Positions 12,530 through 23,748 of a DNA stretch of 64,000 nt are shown here, piece after piece. Within the stretch, counting starts at the first letter, position 1, and every line of letters begins with the position of its first letter. The DNA comes from Podarcis erhardii (lineage: Eukaryota), in NCBI GenBank assembly GCA_964252035.1, contig OZ176214.1, one strand, 5' to 3'. A program made the translations under genes and the position numbers. The notes beneath the pieces are model-generated. The model did no database searches. It was not told the origin of the DNA and was given only the letters and a program-made list of their open reading frames with translations.

Positions 12530-13270
12530 GTTGTGTGGGAAGCTCTAGTGGCCGGGTAATTTGGCACTCACCTAGCACACTCAGTCAAGAGAATGAATAA
12601 ATCTTTATTTGCATCAGCCATTCGCCATAACAATAAAACAACAATACAATATACAAAGAATAGAAATAAAAAGTCAATTATATAAAATACATTTTAGGGT
12701 TTTGAATCAATAGTCAAATAGAGGATCTTATTCTGATTGCCCCAGCTAAAAACCTTGCAACTTTTGCTGCCAACTGCTCATCTTGATCTGCCAAGAGAAA
12801 GGACACTGTGGCAGTGGTTGGGCGACCTGGAATGGACAATAAAAGAGGGGTGAAAATCTCATCCCTCAAGTCTTTATAAATGGTGCAATCCAAGAGACTT
12901 TATTCAGGCAGGATGGGGTATGCCTGTCTGATGATGGAATTGATGTATGGTTGACTGACCTGGTAGAACGCTTAAGATCTTGGCTTCAAATGTGAGTGGT
13001 TTGGTGGTGAGCATTTTGCTTGAGTGGTAGTTTAGGCATTGGGCAGAGGGAAGGGAGATTGTAGCCTCTGCCTGCTCCTCCAGAAAATGGGGTATCCTGT
13101 CAAATGGATCAAGGGGAGATGCTTCTGTCTGGACACCCAGGCGGGGGCTAGGGCCACAGCACTCCTGAGGTGCAATTCAGTGAGGGAGTTATTGCGTGTC
13201 GAGGTCCCGTGACCTCCCCATTCCCAAGAGATTAAATAACGTGACAGCACACACACTTTGGAACTTCCCA
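12530..13270 (+). mobile_element. Probable Ngaro-like (tyrosine-recombinase retrotransposon) fragment with an SGNH-hydrolase-like C-terminus, interrupted at 12593-12890
   Basis: The reconstructed empty site reads GRVIWHSPSTLSQETLFRQDGVCLSDDGIDVWLTDLVERLRSWLQM* (stop at 12993-12995), resembling the DGVHLS end of Ngaro hydrolase ORFs. The family call rests on recall, not a search. Confidence 0.5.
12593..12890 (-). mobile_element. RTE-X-like LINE 3' end
   Basis: Peptide LLDCTIYKDLRDEIFTPLLLSIPGRPTTATVSFLLADQDEQLAAKVARFL; AATAAA and (ATTC) tail; CAAGAGA on both flanks. Confidence 0.7.
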
Positions 13271-13289
13271 CCTGTTTAGATCAAGCAAT

Positions 13290-13835
13290 GTATAAATTTT
13301 ATGAAATAAAATAACGCAAATAATACACAAAGTGGAATACAGCTACGCTTTGAACTTTGCACTCCCCTTGATTTTGTGATGCGGTTCTTCAGCCCGGAGA
13401 TGTGTGCCTCAATGCACAAACTAGGGTAAAATGTACATTAAAATGCATATAGTGCAAAAATTCATTATACAGTGGTACCTCGGGTTAAATACTTAATTCG
13501 TTCTGGAGGTCCGTTCTTAACCTGAAACTGTTCTTAACCTGAAGCACCACTTTAGCTAATGGTGCCTCCTGCTGCCGCCGCACCGCCAAAGCACGATTTC
13601 TGTTCTCATCCTGAAGCAAAGTTCTTAACCTGAAGCACTATTTCTGGGTTAGCGGAGTCTGTAACCTGAAGCGTATGTAACCTGAAGGTACCACTGTACT
13701 AGGCAGGACTGCTTCACAAAAAGAAAAATGTTTATATTATTGCATATATGTGTGTCTATTAGGAAAAAATCACAATAAAATGCTAATGAATAAGAAACTG
13801 AGACAAATAAAAGTAGGCTGACTTACCCATCCCTA
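13290..13835. repeat. Old ~400-bp TAGGGATG-terminated interspersed repeat (probably non-autonomous DNA type). Related copies at 22931-23732, 30235-30653, 30867-31252, 35849-36235, 55335-55680 and 63790-64000
   Basis: Shared AT-rich core (AATGCATATA...GAAAATT, GAAACTGAGA...CATCCCTA); this copy hosts a MITE. Confidence 0.6.
13470..13696. mobile_element. Tigger/pogo-like MITE, subfamily A
   Basis: CAGTGGTACCTCGGGTTA...GGTACCACTG with TA TSD. Confidence 0.9.
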
Positions 13836-14954
13836 GGCCCCACACTGTATAATGTGTATTAACCCAGCTTTGTTAGCAGGGTGAGACATTCCCATGTGAT
13901 CCTCACCAGTGCAAGGGGGCATACATTCCTGACTTTCTTCTAACAAACCTTCCAGCAGAGTAGGATTTGAAACACAGCTCCTTTGCCTAGCTTCCTGTCC
14001 GGCAATCTGTGCTAGCTACTTCCCTGTTTTCCTCTGGGAGCCCCAGCTCTACTCTATATGCTCTCTTTTAATAGAAATATTGGATACCACATCCCCAGAG
14101 AAGCTTGGAAAGCTTGCAGTTAAATGGAAAGTATAATACACTTGAACCTGTGTCTTGTCGTGCCGGAAAAGTATATCATGCAAGTGTTATAAATAATATA
14201 TAAATGGTAAGGGTAATGGAATAGGGCTACCTTAACTTTGCTTTTCTGTCCTCATAAAATCAGGCACCCTTAGAAGAAGAGAAAGCTATTAAGGGGTTCT
14301 CTCTTTTTATTTTATTTTCGTGAGTATTTGTGTTTTAATGCCAACTCTTAAAGTATCTTTAAGGGACACACACACAGAGAGAGGCTGAACCACAATTATT
14401 TAAACCAAACCATTTGGATATAAGCCACATTTTTGTCTCACTGACATGAGTGGGTTTAAATGTGTGCACTTTGGCTTCTTGCTGGGATGTGGTTTAGGTT
14501 CCGTTAAATACGTCTTGGGAGAAATAAACATCGTACGCAGGACAATAGAAGGATATGCAGCTCAACTGTTTGGATCTCTCTATGATTGTTCATGATGGAC
14601 CTCAACAAATGTGTGTTTAAAAATTATTTCAGTGGTGTTTCTTTGTGGGATAGCTTTGCGGCAGATTATGCCAGTTGTGTGCTTTATTTAAAATGGAAGG
14701 CTTGAACACTATGTGATCAACGCGATGTCCTAATACACCACCAAATATCAGGAGCCGTGGGGTCCAGACAAATGGTTGAGGGGGAAAATTGGCACGGTAT
14801 TAGACTGCCATTTCTAACCACGCTAATTGTTTTTTTTAATCAAAAATGATTTAATGCTTGACTGTAGTAAAAACTACGCAGTTTACAAGAAATATTAAAA
14901 TTATAAATGAAAACAGCTAACAGTAAAGGAGATTAAATCACATTGATATAAGTG

Positions 14955-15470
14955 GAATGATTCTTACATGGCGTAAGGTGGTCCTGCCAGCAAAGTGGTC
15001 CCAAGTCATTAAAGGCTTTCTATATTAATAGTAGCACCTTGAACATGGGCCGGTAGCAAATGATCTACCAATGCAGACCTTTGAGGAGAGGTGTTGAATG
15101 AATGAATGAATCTTTATTTGCATCAGCCATCAGCCATAGCAAAAAAACAAAAACAAAATGCCGTATTCAGCGGATAAAGGTAGAAAATCAATTATATAAA
15201 ATTGGGTGTTTGGATCAATAGTCAAATAATGGATCTTATTGTAATTGCTCCACCTAAAAACTTTGCAACCTTTGCTGTCACCTGCTCATCTTGATCTGCC
15301 AAGAGAAAGGACACTGTAACAGTGGTTGGGTGACCTGGAATGGACAATAAAAGAGGGGTGATAATTCCTCACTCCTCAAATCTTTATAAGTGCAAGCCAG
15401 GAGGACATGAGCCACCGGTTGGAGACCTTTGAGGAGAAGTGTTATACACAATCAGGTTTTCCATCCTGTC
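14955..15470 (-). mobile_element. Degenerate L2 fragment, interrupted at 15096-15422
   Basis: Antisense similarity to the LHWLP...FKAL.GLGP region of the L2 copy at 4541-5372. Confidence 0.55.
15096..15422 (-). mobile_element. RTE-X-like LINE 3' end with a 21-bp TSD
   Basis: Same family as 12593-12890; VAHVLLAC motif; (ATTC)n tail; flanks AGACCTTTGAGGAGAGGTGTT (15075-15095) and AGACCTTTGAGGAGAAGTGTT (15423-15443). Confidence 0.8.
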
Positions 15471-15547
15471 TGCATCCATGGTTCATCATTCTGCATAAAC
15501 TATAGTTTCCAGATCAAGTGCTGGGGAAGGCCTGCATAGGGTGTATT

Positions 15548-16768
15548 GTTGTTGTTTAGTTGTATCTGACTCTTCGTGACCCCATGGACCAGAGCACGCC
15601 AGGCACTCCTGTCTTCCACTGCCTCCCACAGTTTGGTCAAACACATGTTTGTAGCTTCAAGAACACTGTCCAACCATCTCGTCCTCTGTCCTCCCCTTCT
15701 CCTTGTGCCCTCAATCTTTCCCAACATCAGGGTCTTTTCCAGGGAGTCTTCTCTTCTCATGAGGTGGACAAAGTATTGGAGCCTCAGCTTCATGATCTGT
15801 CCTTCCAGTGAGCACTCAGGGCTGATTTCCTTCAGAATGGATAGGTTTGATCTTCTTGCAGTCCATGGGACTCTCAAGAGTCTCCTCCGGCACCATAATT
15901 CAAAAGCATCAATTATCCGGCGATCAGCTTTCTTTGTGGTCCAGCTCTCACTTCCATATATCACTATTGGGAAAAACATAGCTTTAACTATATGGACCTT
16001 TATCGGCAAGGTGATGTCTCTGCTTTTTAAGATGCTGTCTAGGTTTGTCATCGCTTTTCTCCCAAGAAGCAGGCGTCTTTTAATTTCGTGACTGCTGTCA
16101 TCATCTGCAGTGATCATGCGGCCCAAGAAAGTAAAATCTCTCACTGCCTCCATTTCTTCCCCTTCTATTTGCCAGAAGGTGATGAGACCAGTGGCTATGA
16201 TCTGAGTTTTTTTATGTTGAGTTTTAGACCATATTTTGCGCTCTCCTCTTTCACCCTCATTAAAAGGTTCTTTAATTCCTCCTCACTTTCTTCCATCAAG
16301 GTTGTGTCATCAGCATATCTGAGGTTGTTGATATTTATTCTGGCAATCTTAATTACAGTTTGGGATTCATCCAGTCCAGCCTTTCACATGATGAATTCTG
16401 CATATAAGTTAAATAAGCAGGGAGACAATATACAGCCTTGTCGTACTCCTTTCTCAATTTTGAACCAATCAGTTGTTCCATATCCAGTTCTAACTGTAAC
16501 TTCTTGTCCCACATAGAGATTTCTCAGGAGACAGATGAGTTGATCAGGCACTCCCATTTCTTTAAGAACTTGCCGTAGTTTGCTGTGGTCGACACAGTCA
16601 AAGGCTTTTGCATAGTCAATGAAGCAGAAGTAGATGTTTTTCTGGAACTCTCTAGCTTTCTGTTTAGGAAAGCTTTTAATGTTTAATAGGTTATTGTATT
16701 TTAGTGTTTTTTTGGAAGCCGCCCAGAGTGGCTGGGGAAACCCAGCCAGATGGGCGGGGTATAAATAA

Positions 16769-16819
<51 letters not shown>

Positions 16820-17000
16820 TTCTCCATAATCCAGCCCCTTCTGCACTTCTGGTTCCTCTGCCCCTTCTGCACTTCTGGGAGTTCTTGGTCCACATACTGC
16901 TTGTAGAATTTTAAGCATTACTTTGATAGCTTGTGAAATGAGAGCAATTGTGCGGTAGTTGGAGCATTCTTTGGCACTGCCCTTCTTTGGGGTTGTGGTG
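15548..17000 (-). mobile_element. BovB (RTE clade) LINE, 5'-truncated, with a nested insertion
   Basis: Peptides FCFIDYAKAFDCVDH...GVRQGCILSPCLFNLYAE and HEIKRRLLLGRKAM...YGSESWT...FELWCRRRLLRVPWTARRSN...GVTKSQ; (AAC)n tail; TSD TAGGGTGYATT at 15537-15547 and 17001-17011. Confidence 0.96.
16662..16818 (+). mobile_element. Short 3' terminus of an L2-type element with a (TTA)n tail, inserted in BovB
   Basis: GGAAGCCGCCCAGAGTGGCTGGGG...GGGCGGGGTATAAATAAA(TTA)n; TTTCT on both flanks; BovB resumes in register. Confidence 0.75.
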
Positions 17001-17319
17001 TAGGGTGCATTACAGTAAACTAAATCTTGAAGCTACTAGTGTCAGAACCACTGTGATCAAGAGTTCCCATTCCATAAATGGTTGAAGCTGTCATACCAGG
17101 CACAGCTGTTAAAAGGGAAAGGGTTTTTTTTTTTTAAAATAAAATGACTTATGCCTCATTCATACTCGAGATGAGGGGAGGAATTTGTTTGGCACTCTTT
17201 TGCAGTGAAGCAACCCATTAGGTTGTCCCTGAACTTGCTTGTGGGCCAGAACACAACTATCAGCAGGTTTATGCTTTTCTCTGGATTTCATGATACAGTT
17301 TTGGTCTGAAAAGGAGAGC

Positions 17320-17322
17320 AAA

Positions 17323-17365
<43 letters not shown>

Positions 17366-17367
17366 AT
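17320..17367. repeat. (AAAT)n microsatellite
   Basis: Direct reading. Confidence 0.97.
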
Positions 17368-17511
17368 AGTACATTAAAATTGCACACAAAATGCATATTG
17401 TAGGGGAAACCTGACATAGAACACAATTCATCTGGTCTGTCCACTCCTAATTCTTACACATACATTCATGACTTGATTTCTATATACCTGAACTGCTTTG
17501 GTTTCTATATA

Positions 17512-17753
17512 CAGTGGTACCTCGGGTTACATACGCTTCAGGTTACATACACTTCAGATTACAGACTTCGCTAACAAAGAAACATTACCTCGGGTAAAGA
17601 ACTTTGCTTCAGAATGAGAACAGAAATTGTGCAGCGGTGGCACAGTGGCAGCAGGAGGCCCCATTAGCTAAAGTGGTGCTTCAGGTTAAGAACAGTTTCA
17701 GGCTAAGAACAGACCTCCAGAACGAATTAAGTTCTTAATCTGAGGTACCACTG
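17512..17753. mobile_element. Tigger/pogo-like MITE, subfamily A
   Basis: TIRs and TA TSD as for the other subfamily A copies. Confidence 0.9.
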
Positions 17754-17789
17754 TACTTGAACTATTATATACTTGAAGCAGTTTGGACT

Positions 17790-18450
17790 GCTTCACATAT
17801 ATATGTTAATCACATCCTGTTCAAGCATTATGCTAAAAAAAAAACCACACAACCAGTTTAAAACAGTATGAAAATAGCAGCAGATGAATTTAAAAGCAAT
17901 GTAAAGTAGATACCCATGGTAGAGACCTATTCATCCAACTGGGAAAGCATATGGCAATGAAAATGTCTTCAGCTGTTTCTGGAAAATATAGATAGTAGAT
18001 ACATCTCATATCTCAACATAAATGCTATTCCCTAGAATTTGGAGTATCAACTCGAAAAGCTCTACTCTGAGGTACTGCAAAGCTTGGTTCTGGCATCTTT
18101 GGAATTTGAAACAAAAGCTCTCCCACAGACCATAATGATCTACTGGGTATATAAGGGACAAGGTGATCTGTCAAGCAACATGGTTCTGAGCCGTATATGG
18201 CCTTAAATGTTAGTACCATCAGAGGCGGTTTTAGGCTAGTGCAGTCGCTTTGGCCACACGGAGTGCAGTGCTGCAGGTGACGCCACTGCAATGCTATAGA
18301 ACAAGCATGAGAGGCGAGGGAGGCCACATTTTAGCGTGGCACAGGGCACTGCTGGAATTTGAGAGCCCCAAATCTATCACTGGTACCATCACCCTGAACA
18401 TGGTCCTTTAGCACATTGGCAACCAGTGCAAAACCCACAAGCGAGGTGTT
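17790..18450 (-). mobile_element. Old L2 3' fragment, interrupted at 18220-18382
   Basis: Peptide VLTFKAIYGSEPCCLTDHLVPYIPSRSLWSVGELLFQIP. Confidence 0.7.
18220..18382. mobile_element. Non-autonomous DNA element with CAGWGGCGG-type termini and an apparent 7-bp TSD
   Basis: CAGAGGCGGTTTTAGG...CCCAAATCTATCACTG; GTACCAT on both flanks; the L2 host is restored at the empty site. Confidence 0.7.
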
Positions 18451-19194
18451 ATACAGGGACCTTTTATATCTCCCTGCATTACTCATTTATTTCCAATGAA
18501 ATCGGTTCAAACATTCACCAAGTATTTTGGAATTGATCAAGCAACATACATAGAGGTGGAGGGGGGGCCAGGCTCTGCTGAATGTTCAAACTGATTTGAA
18601 TCAAAAGCATTGTGTTTGAGAGGGTTGTAAAGAGATATGGATGCTCTGCCTGTGTTATTATTCAGTGTGCTTATAAACAATTGGAGCTTTCTATATTCTG
18701 AAATCAAGTAACCTGAATTTAACCTCCCCCCCCCCCACAAAAACCCATTATTGTGGACTGCAACTTAGTTGATCAATGGTTTAATCCCAAATATATAAAA
18801 ATAAAAGTAACAATACATGCTTAAACATGCATTTTTAGAGAAATGTGCATTTAGTATTAGTATTGTTTACTTACTGATTGTTATTAATAGTAGAAATAGA
18901 GGATTTATTATTGTCATAGTATATTATATAGCTGAATAAAACAAAAAGAGGCAGAATGAGTTTATGAGTATATACATTTAAAAATGGCATGGATCACAAC
19001 TACACTGAATCATTCCTCCATCTCCACATCTATGATGGATGTATCCCAGATGATCCGTTCACATATAATTGTTATCACTTTGCATTGAAGTCATGTTGAA
19101 AAGTAACATGAGAACTGTTGTGAATCAGACAACCTAAAGAAACACTTAACATTTGTAAACTACACAATATGGGGTCATTTTTAAAGGATGGTAG

Positions 19195-19440
19195 TGTTAT
19201 GTACTGAAGTTCTCACCCTGGGCCAGCAGGGGGATACTGTAGATAGTTATGCAAATAAGGGATCAAAAGTGACGTTCAGTGATTGGATAGTTTTAGAAAA
19301 TTGTTACAATTATGTGTACTGGAGCTCTATATAAGCAGGCTGACTGAACCCTTCAGCTCAGTTCTGTTCTCGCCTCTGAATAAACAAGAGCTGTTTGAAG
19401 AATCTCTGTGTCGTCTGATATGTTCACCCACAACTTAACA
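19195..19440 (+). mobile_element. Solo LTR (246 bp)
   Basis: TGTTA...TAACA termini; TSD GGTAG/GATAG; internal TATATAAG (19328-19335) and AATAAA (19379-19384) in LTR order. Confidence 0.8.
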
Positions 19441-21409
19441 GATAGACACCAAGATACAAATCTTTGATGTGTCCCCTCCAAAGTTTAGCTATGCTCCCCG
19501 CAGGGAGTAGTGGCTACTTGTGGAAACTTGGATGCAATTTCTTCATGCTGATTTATTTATTTATTTATTTTTAAAAACTAGTTTGTCTACTGTGCAAAAA
19601 CGACGTAGTGCTGACAGCATCTTTTGGAATCTTCTCCTGTAGTACTTATGTTATGATAAATTTCAGCAATAAAAAGGGACCATTTTGGTGTCAATTTACC
19701 ATTTAGCCATGACAGCAAAATGCTAGTAAATGGGAGCTGCAAAGAGATGAGGCAGGGCAACGTGAAGCCTTACAGTGATAGCTTTGCAGTGAAATGCCTC
19801 CAGCCCCGAGTGCCTTACCTGGCTCCCTGAAATCCATCTTCTCTCGAGATATTCTCCATCGGACACATTGTGCCTCTCACCCTTCTCTTGCTGTTGTTTT
19901 GTTGTTTTCAATCACTGCCCATTTTTAAAATAAACTGTTCTATTACTTCCTGACTCAAGAGTTATTTTGCAATGTATATATGCCTTCCTTAGAAAGAGCA
20001 AAGGTGTATGTGTGTATTGTCGGCTATATAAGAGAAATTGCTTAGAGCACAGTTCAATGAAACAGTCCCTCCTTTACATGTGGAAAGACCCAGGTTTGGT
20101 CACCTATAGTTAAAAGAGTTAGGTTGTATGTAGCTGTACAGACCTCTGTAGCCTTCACACAGTAGAATGATATTTGCACTTCCAAAGGCTACTTCTGTTT
20201 GAAACTAGGGCTGTGTCAAAAATCTGACCGTCAACCTCTCCAAAGTTTTGTTCCTCTGCAAAAGTGACTTCAAATTTTCTCTAGAGTTTTGGTGCGAGTG
20301 GGGGTTGGAGCTTATCTTATCATTGTGAATTGAAAAAATGTGCTTTTCTGTCTTGGCACAGGTACTTTTCCACTTGCCCCATGCTTTCTAAACTTTGAGC
20401 TGGGTGGTTTTGTGTTGGCTCTGCAGCTTTCACCTGGAAAACACACACTTTATCACTGCATCCAAACAAATGACAGTGCACAGAAAAACTGTGTTTCTGT
20501 TTGGTTCAATGGTAAACTGGGTTTTCACGTGGGGGGAAGGTGGTGGAAGTGTGGACTATGTACTCTATGTGGTACAAATGCTACTAGGTTCATTTAAAAA
20601 TCAATCAATCAATACAACTCCATATTTAAAAAGTAAAACCAATTTTGCTTATTCACATTTTAAATTGACTACAAATTTAGCAATATGGATAAAAATACAA
20701 AAAATAAAATAAAATCCTGAACTGTTATCATTTTTCTGTTTCTGGTTTCCAACCCACCCCAGGGGGGATCTTTATTGAAAGCTAGTCAAATTATAATCAT
20801 CTGTTTTATGTACTTTTTTAAAAAAAAAAGTATTACAAGTTATTTTGACCTTCCTCTTCCAGCAGTTCTGTCTCTGTCAAAGTTTATCTCCCCTGAAATA
20901 GCTAAAATAGCTAACCTCCAGGTTTAGCTGTCTAGAAAATCTGCAAGCTTGCACAGCTGTCTATGGAAGCCACACAAAGCAAAATGTCAGTTTGACATGA
21001 GCCACAGGCGCATTGCCTACGGTCTGGTCTACTTTGGCTACGTCTTCTCTCAAGGCATGCTGGGTTGCCTGTGGCCAGGGCAGCCTGTGACCTTGAGGAA
21101 GGTTGCATTGCTTGTGCCATTGTACTCACATGACTGCCTAGAACAATGATGAGATGCTACCTTGATTTATAAATGTGTTTGACACGCAGGCAACTATAAT
21201 GCTTACAGGCATGCATGCATGCAATTTCCTCCCCCCCCCCCATCTGAATTTCTAGTTGGATTTTTGAATTCTGAATTAGCTGGTTCCTGATTCTTGATGT
21301 AATATCCATTATTCTGTTAGGAAAAAAGCTGTTTTTTTTGTTTTTGTTTTTACAGAACACTAAGCATATTGTGCTTTTTGCATCTCTCTGAGGAACAAGG
21401 GAAGCTGCC

Positions 21410-21545
21410 TCAATATTCTGAGTCAGGATATTGGTTCATCTAGATCAGCATGGTCTACTCTGACTGGCAGCAGCCCTCCAGAGTTTCAGACAAGGGAATC
21501 TTCCAATACTCTAGCTGGAAATACCAGGGATTGAATCTTCTGCGT
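21410..21545 (-). mobile_element. Squam3-like tRNA-derived SINE remnant; further degenerate copies at ~10090-10220, ~39870-40000, ~42070-42170, ~62625-62790
   Basis: Antisense of the ...CTGCCAGTCAG..TAGAC...CTAGATGRACCAAT..CTGACTCAG body. Confidence 0.65.
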
Positions 21546-21869
21546 GAAACAGAAAATTATGGCCATATGGCCTTTTATTTCTTTCACAGCATGCCCAAAT
21601 GTGCATTTGATGCATATGTGTGTGCTGATAAAACATTACACAAACAAAACCACAAATGTGTGTGTTTTCAGAGTTTTTGCAGATACACAGGTATATGATG
21701 ATAAAAACAGTATGAGACAGAGAAACAGAGCGCTAGATGATGTTACATCATGTCCCCTCCCCACCAAAGGTTAACTGTGAGTAGGAGCACATGAACACAT
21801 CAGTAAAATACTATTTGCTATTCCTGTTGTTATTTTCAAAGATCAACTGAAAACAATTTCAGCTGCAGG

Positions 21870-22324
21870 CAGTGGCAGCAGACTTTGAAACTAGACCAAA
21901 GCTAGGCCAAAATTTGGCTTAGCCCTGCTTCCCAAAGCTGGGCAAGTGCTAACTAGGCTTAGAGATGGAGGGCTCTAGGACCCTGTCAGTACCTTCACAC
22001 CCCCTTCTCATAGCCCAGGCATGTCCAAAGTCCCTTTCGGGGGCCTAATCCGGCCCACCGGTCGGTTTAATCCAGCCCCTGTGGCACTATTTCCTGGGGT
22101 GAAATCCTAAAAAAAACCTCAACAACTTCAACCCTAAAAAAAATAGCTCAACAAACTTGGTTGGCCCTTTGGTCAGCCCTCATGGCCCTTCACTTCATCA
22201 AATCCGGTCCTCTTTGAAAAAAGTTTGGATACCACTGTCATAGCTGAAGAAGTGTTTACCAGGCACCCTCTTTGCTCCGTGCCCAGTGCAGGGAAACTGG
22301 TTCTACTGCCTTAAACTGCCTCTG
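21870..22324. mobile_element. Older DNA element with CAGWGGC termini and an apparent 7-bp TSD, hosting a Charlie-like MITE
   Basis: The reverse complement of the right end (CAGAGGCAGTTTAAGG) matches the left end of 18220-18382; flanks CTGCAGG / CTACAGG. A related copy is probable at ~47700-48017. Confidence 0.6.
22016..22237. mobile_element. hAT-Charlie-like MITE
   Basis: Ends CAGGCATGTCCAAA / TTTGGATACCACTG; 8-bp TSD TCATAGCC / TCATAGCT. Confidence 0.85.
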
Positions 22325-23175
22325 CTACAGGATAGCCCGACTATTTTTTATTGTCTCTGTGCCCAGGGCTCAACCAATCAGGGTTGGGACAAGAGTGGCA
22401 TTTCTCCCAGACCTATTTAAGTGTGGCTTTTGTTAGGGAATCCTGGTTCATCCTTGCTCCCTTCCCTGGGAAAATTCTGCTGATCTTATTGTAGTAGAAG
22501 ATGTTCAGTGCTGCATGAAGATGACTTTGGTGGATATAGATGCAGCGGTGTGGCATAAAGTTTCAAAGCACAAATCAGCCTCTCTTGCAGCCCGCAGTTT
22601 GGGAGTTCCTGCACTAGCCCCTTTTAAAAAATTTAAATGTTGATAATGCAGTTTCTGCAGCTGGCCTCAGTATAATGGAGTGTAATCAGATAGCCGTTTC
22701 TCGGTAAAACATATTGGTCATTGGGGTGAATTGAAGCAAAACAAATTTGATTATGATGGTGTTTTAATATTTAATAACACTCAAATAAAATAGCAAATCA
22801 ATAACTAATAAATAAAATACCAGCTCATGGTCGTTCTCTCTTAGTCCTTGACAGTTGTGTCTGTTTGCTGCAGGTTCTTCATTTCTTCTACTTTGCTGAC
22901 TGGAAGCAAGCACAAATAAGTATACTTGGGTAGTGATGGGGGAGAAGTTTAGTTTTAATGAGAAGTTCCCAAATTTGCACTTCGCGAACCTATACACAAA
23001 CCAATTACGCTTTGACATTCATACCTCTCTATATGTTGTGATGCAGTTCTCCAACCAAGCAATGTGTACAAACACATTCCCCCCCCCATAAAATGCACGT
23101 ATTAGTAGAAAGAGCACACAAGAATGCATTATATTCGGCGAAATTGTTTGAAAAAGAAGTGTACTTTAGTCAATA

Positions 23176-23533
23176 CAGTGGTACCTTGGCTTACATATGC
23201 TTCAGGTTACATACGCTTCAGGTTACAGACTCTGCTAACCCAGAAATAGTGCTTCAGGTTAAGAACTTTGCTTCAGGATAAGAACAGAAATCGTGCTCTG
23301 GCAGCGCGGCAGCAGCAGGAGGCCCCATTAACCAAAGTGGTGTTTCAGGTTAAGAACAGTTTCAGGTTAAGAACGTAAGAACTTTGCTTCAGGATAAGAA
23401 CAGAAATCGTGCTCTGGCAGCGCGGCAGCAGCAGGAGGCCCCATTAACCAAAGTGGTGTTTCAGGTTAAGAACAGTTTCAGGTTAAGAACGGACCTCTGG
23501 AACGAATTAAGTACTTAACCTCAGATACCACTG
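23176..23533. mobile_element. Tigger/pogo-like MITE, subfamily A, with an internal 116-bp tandem duplication
   Basis: TIRs and TA TSD; 23260-23375 is repeated at 23376-23491. Confidence 0.92.
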
Positions 23534-23748
23534 TAGAGTGTACAAAAATGTTTTTATTGGGAGAAATTCACATAAAATTGCTGATGAGTTTTCATGAGGA
23601 TTTTGCTGTTGTTGACCCTGCCCACATTATTTTAAAAATGCAAATTGATGCAGAAATGAATTTAAAAGAACTGAAATTTTAAATTAGAAACAAATGAGAG
23701 AAACCAAAACTGAGAGATCCACTCATTCCTAGATTTACAGTTTCCATT

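Noticed and set aside
16384-16918. ORFs with poly-Ile or poly-Asn tracts
   Set aside because: These are translations of the (TTA)n tail inserted in BovB.
19819-19910. Minus-strand segment ending in a CAG|GTAAGG donor with MENISREDGFQGA
   Set aside because: There is no acceptor or promoter evidence and the peptide is unrecognised; an isolated donor is expected by chance in 64 kb.
22330-22500. CCAAT plus TATA-like segment as a second LTR
   Set aside because: No TG...CA termini, TSD or polyadenylation signal could be defined.
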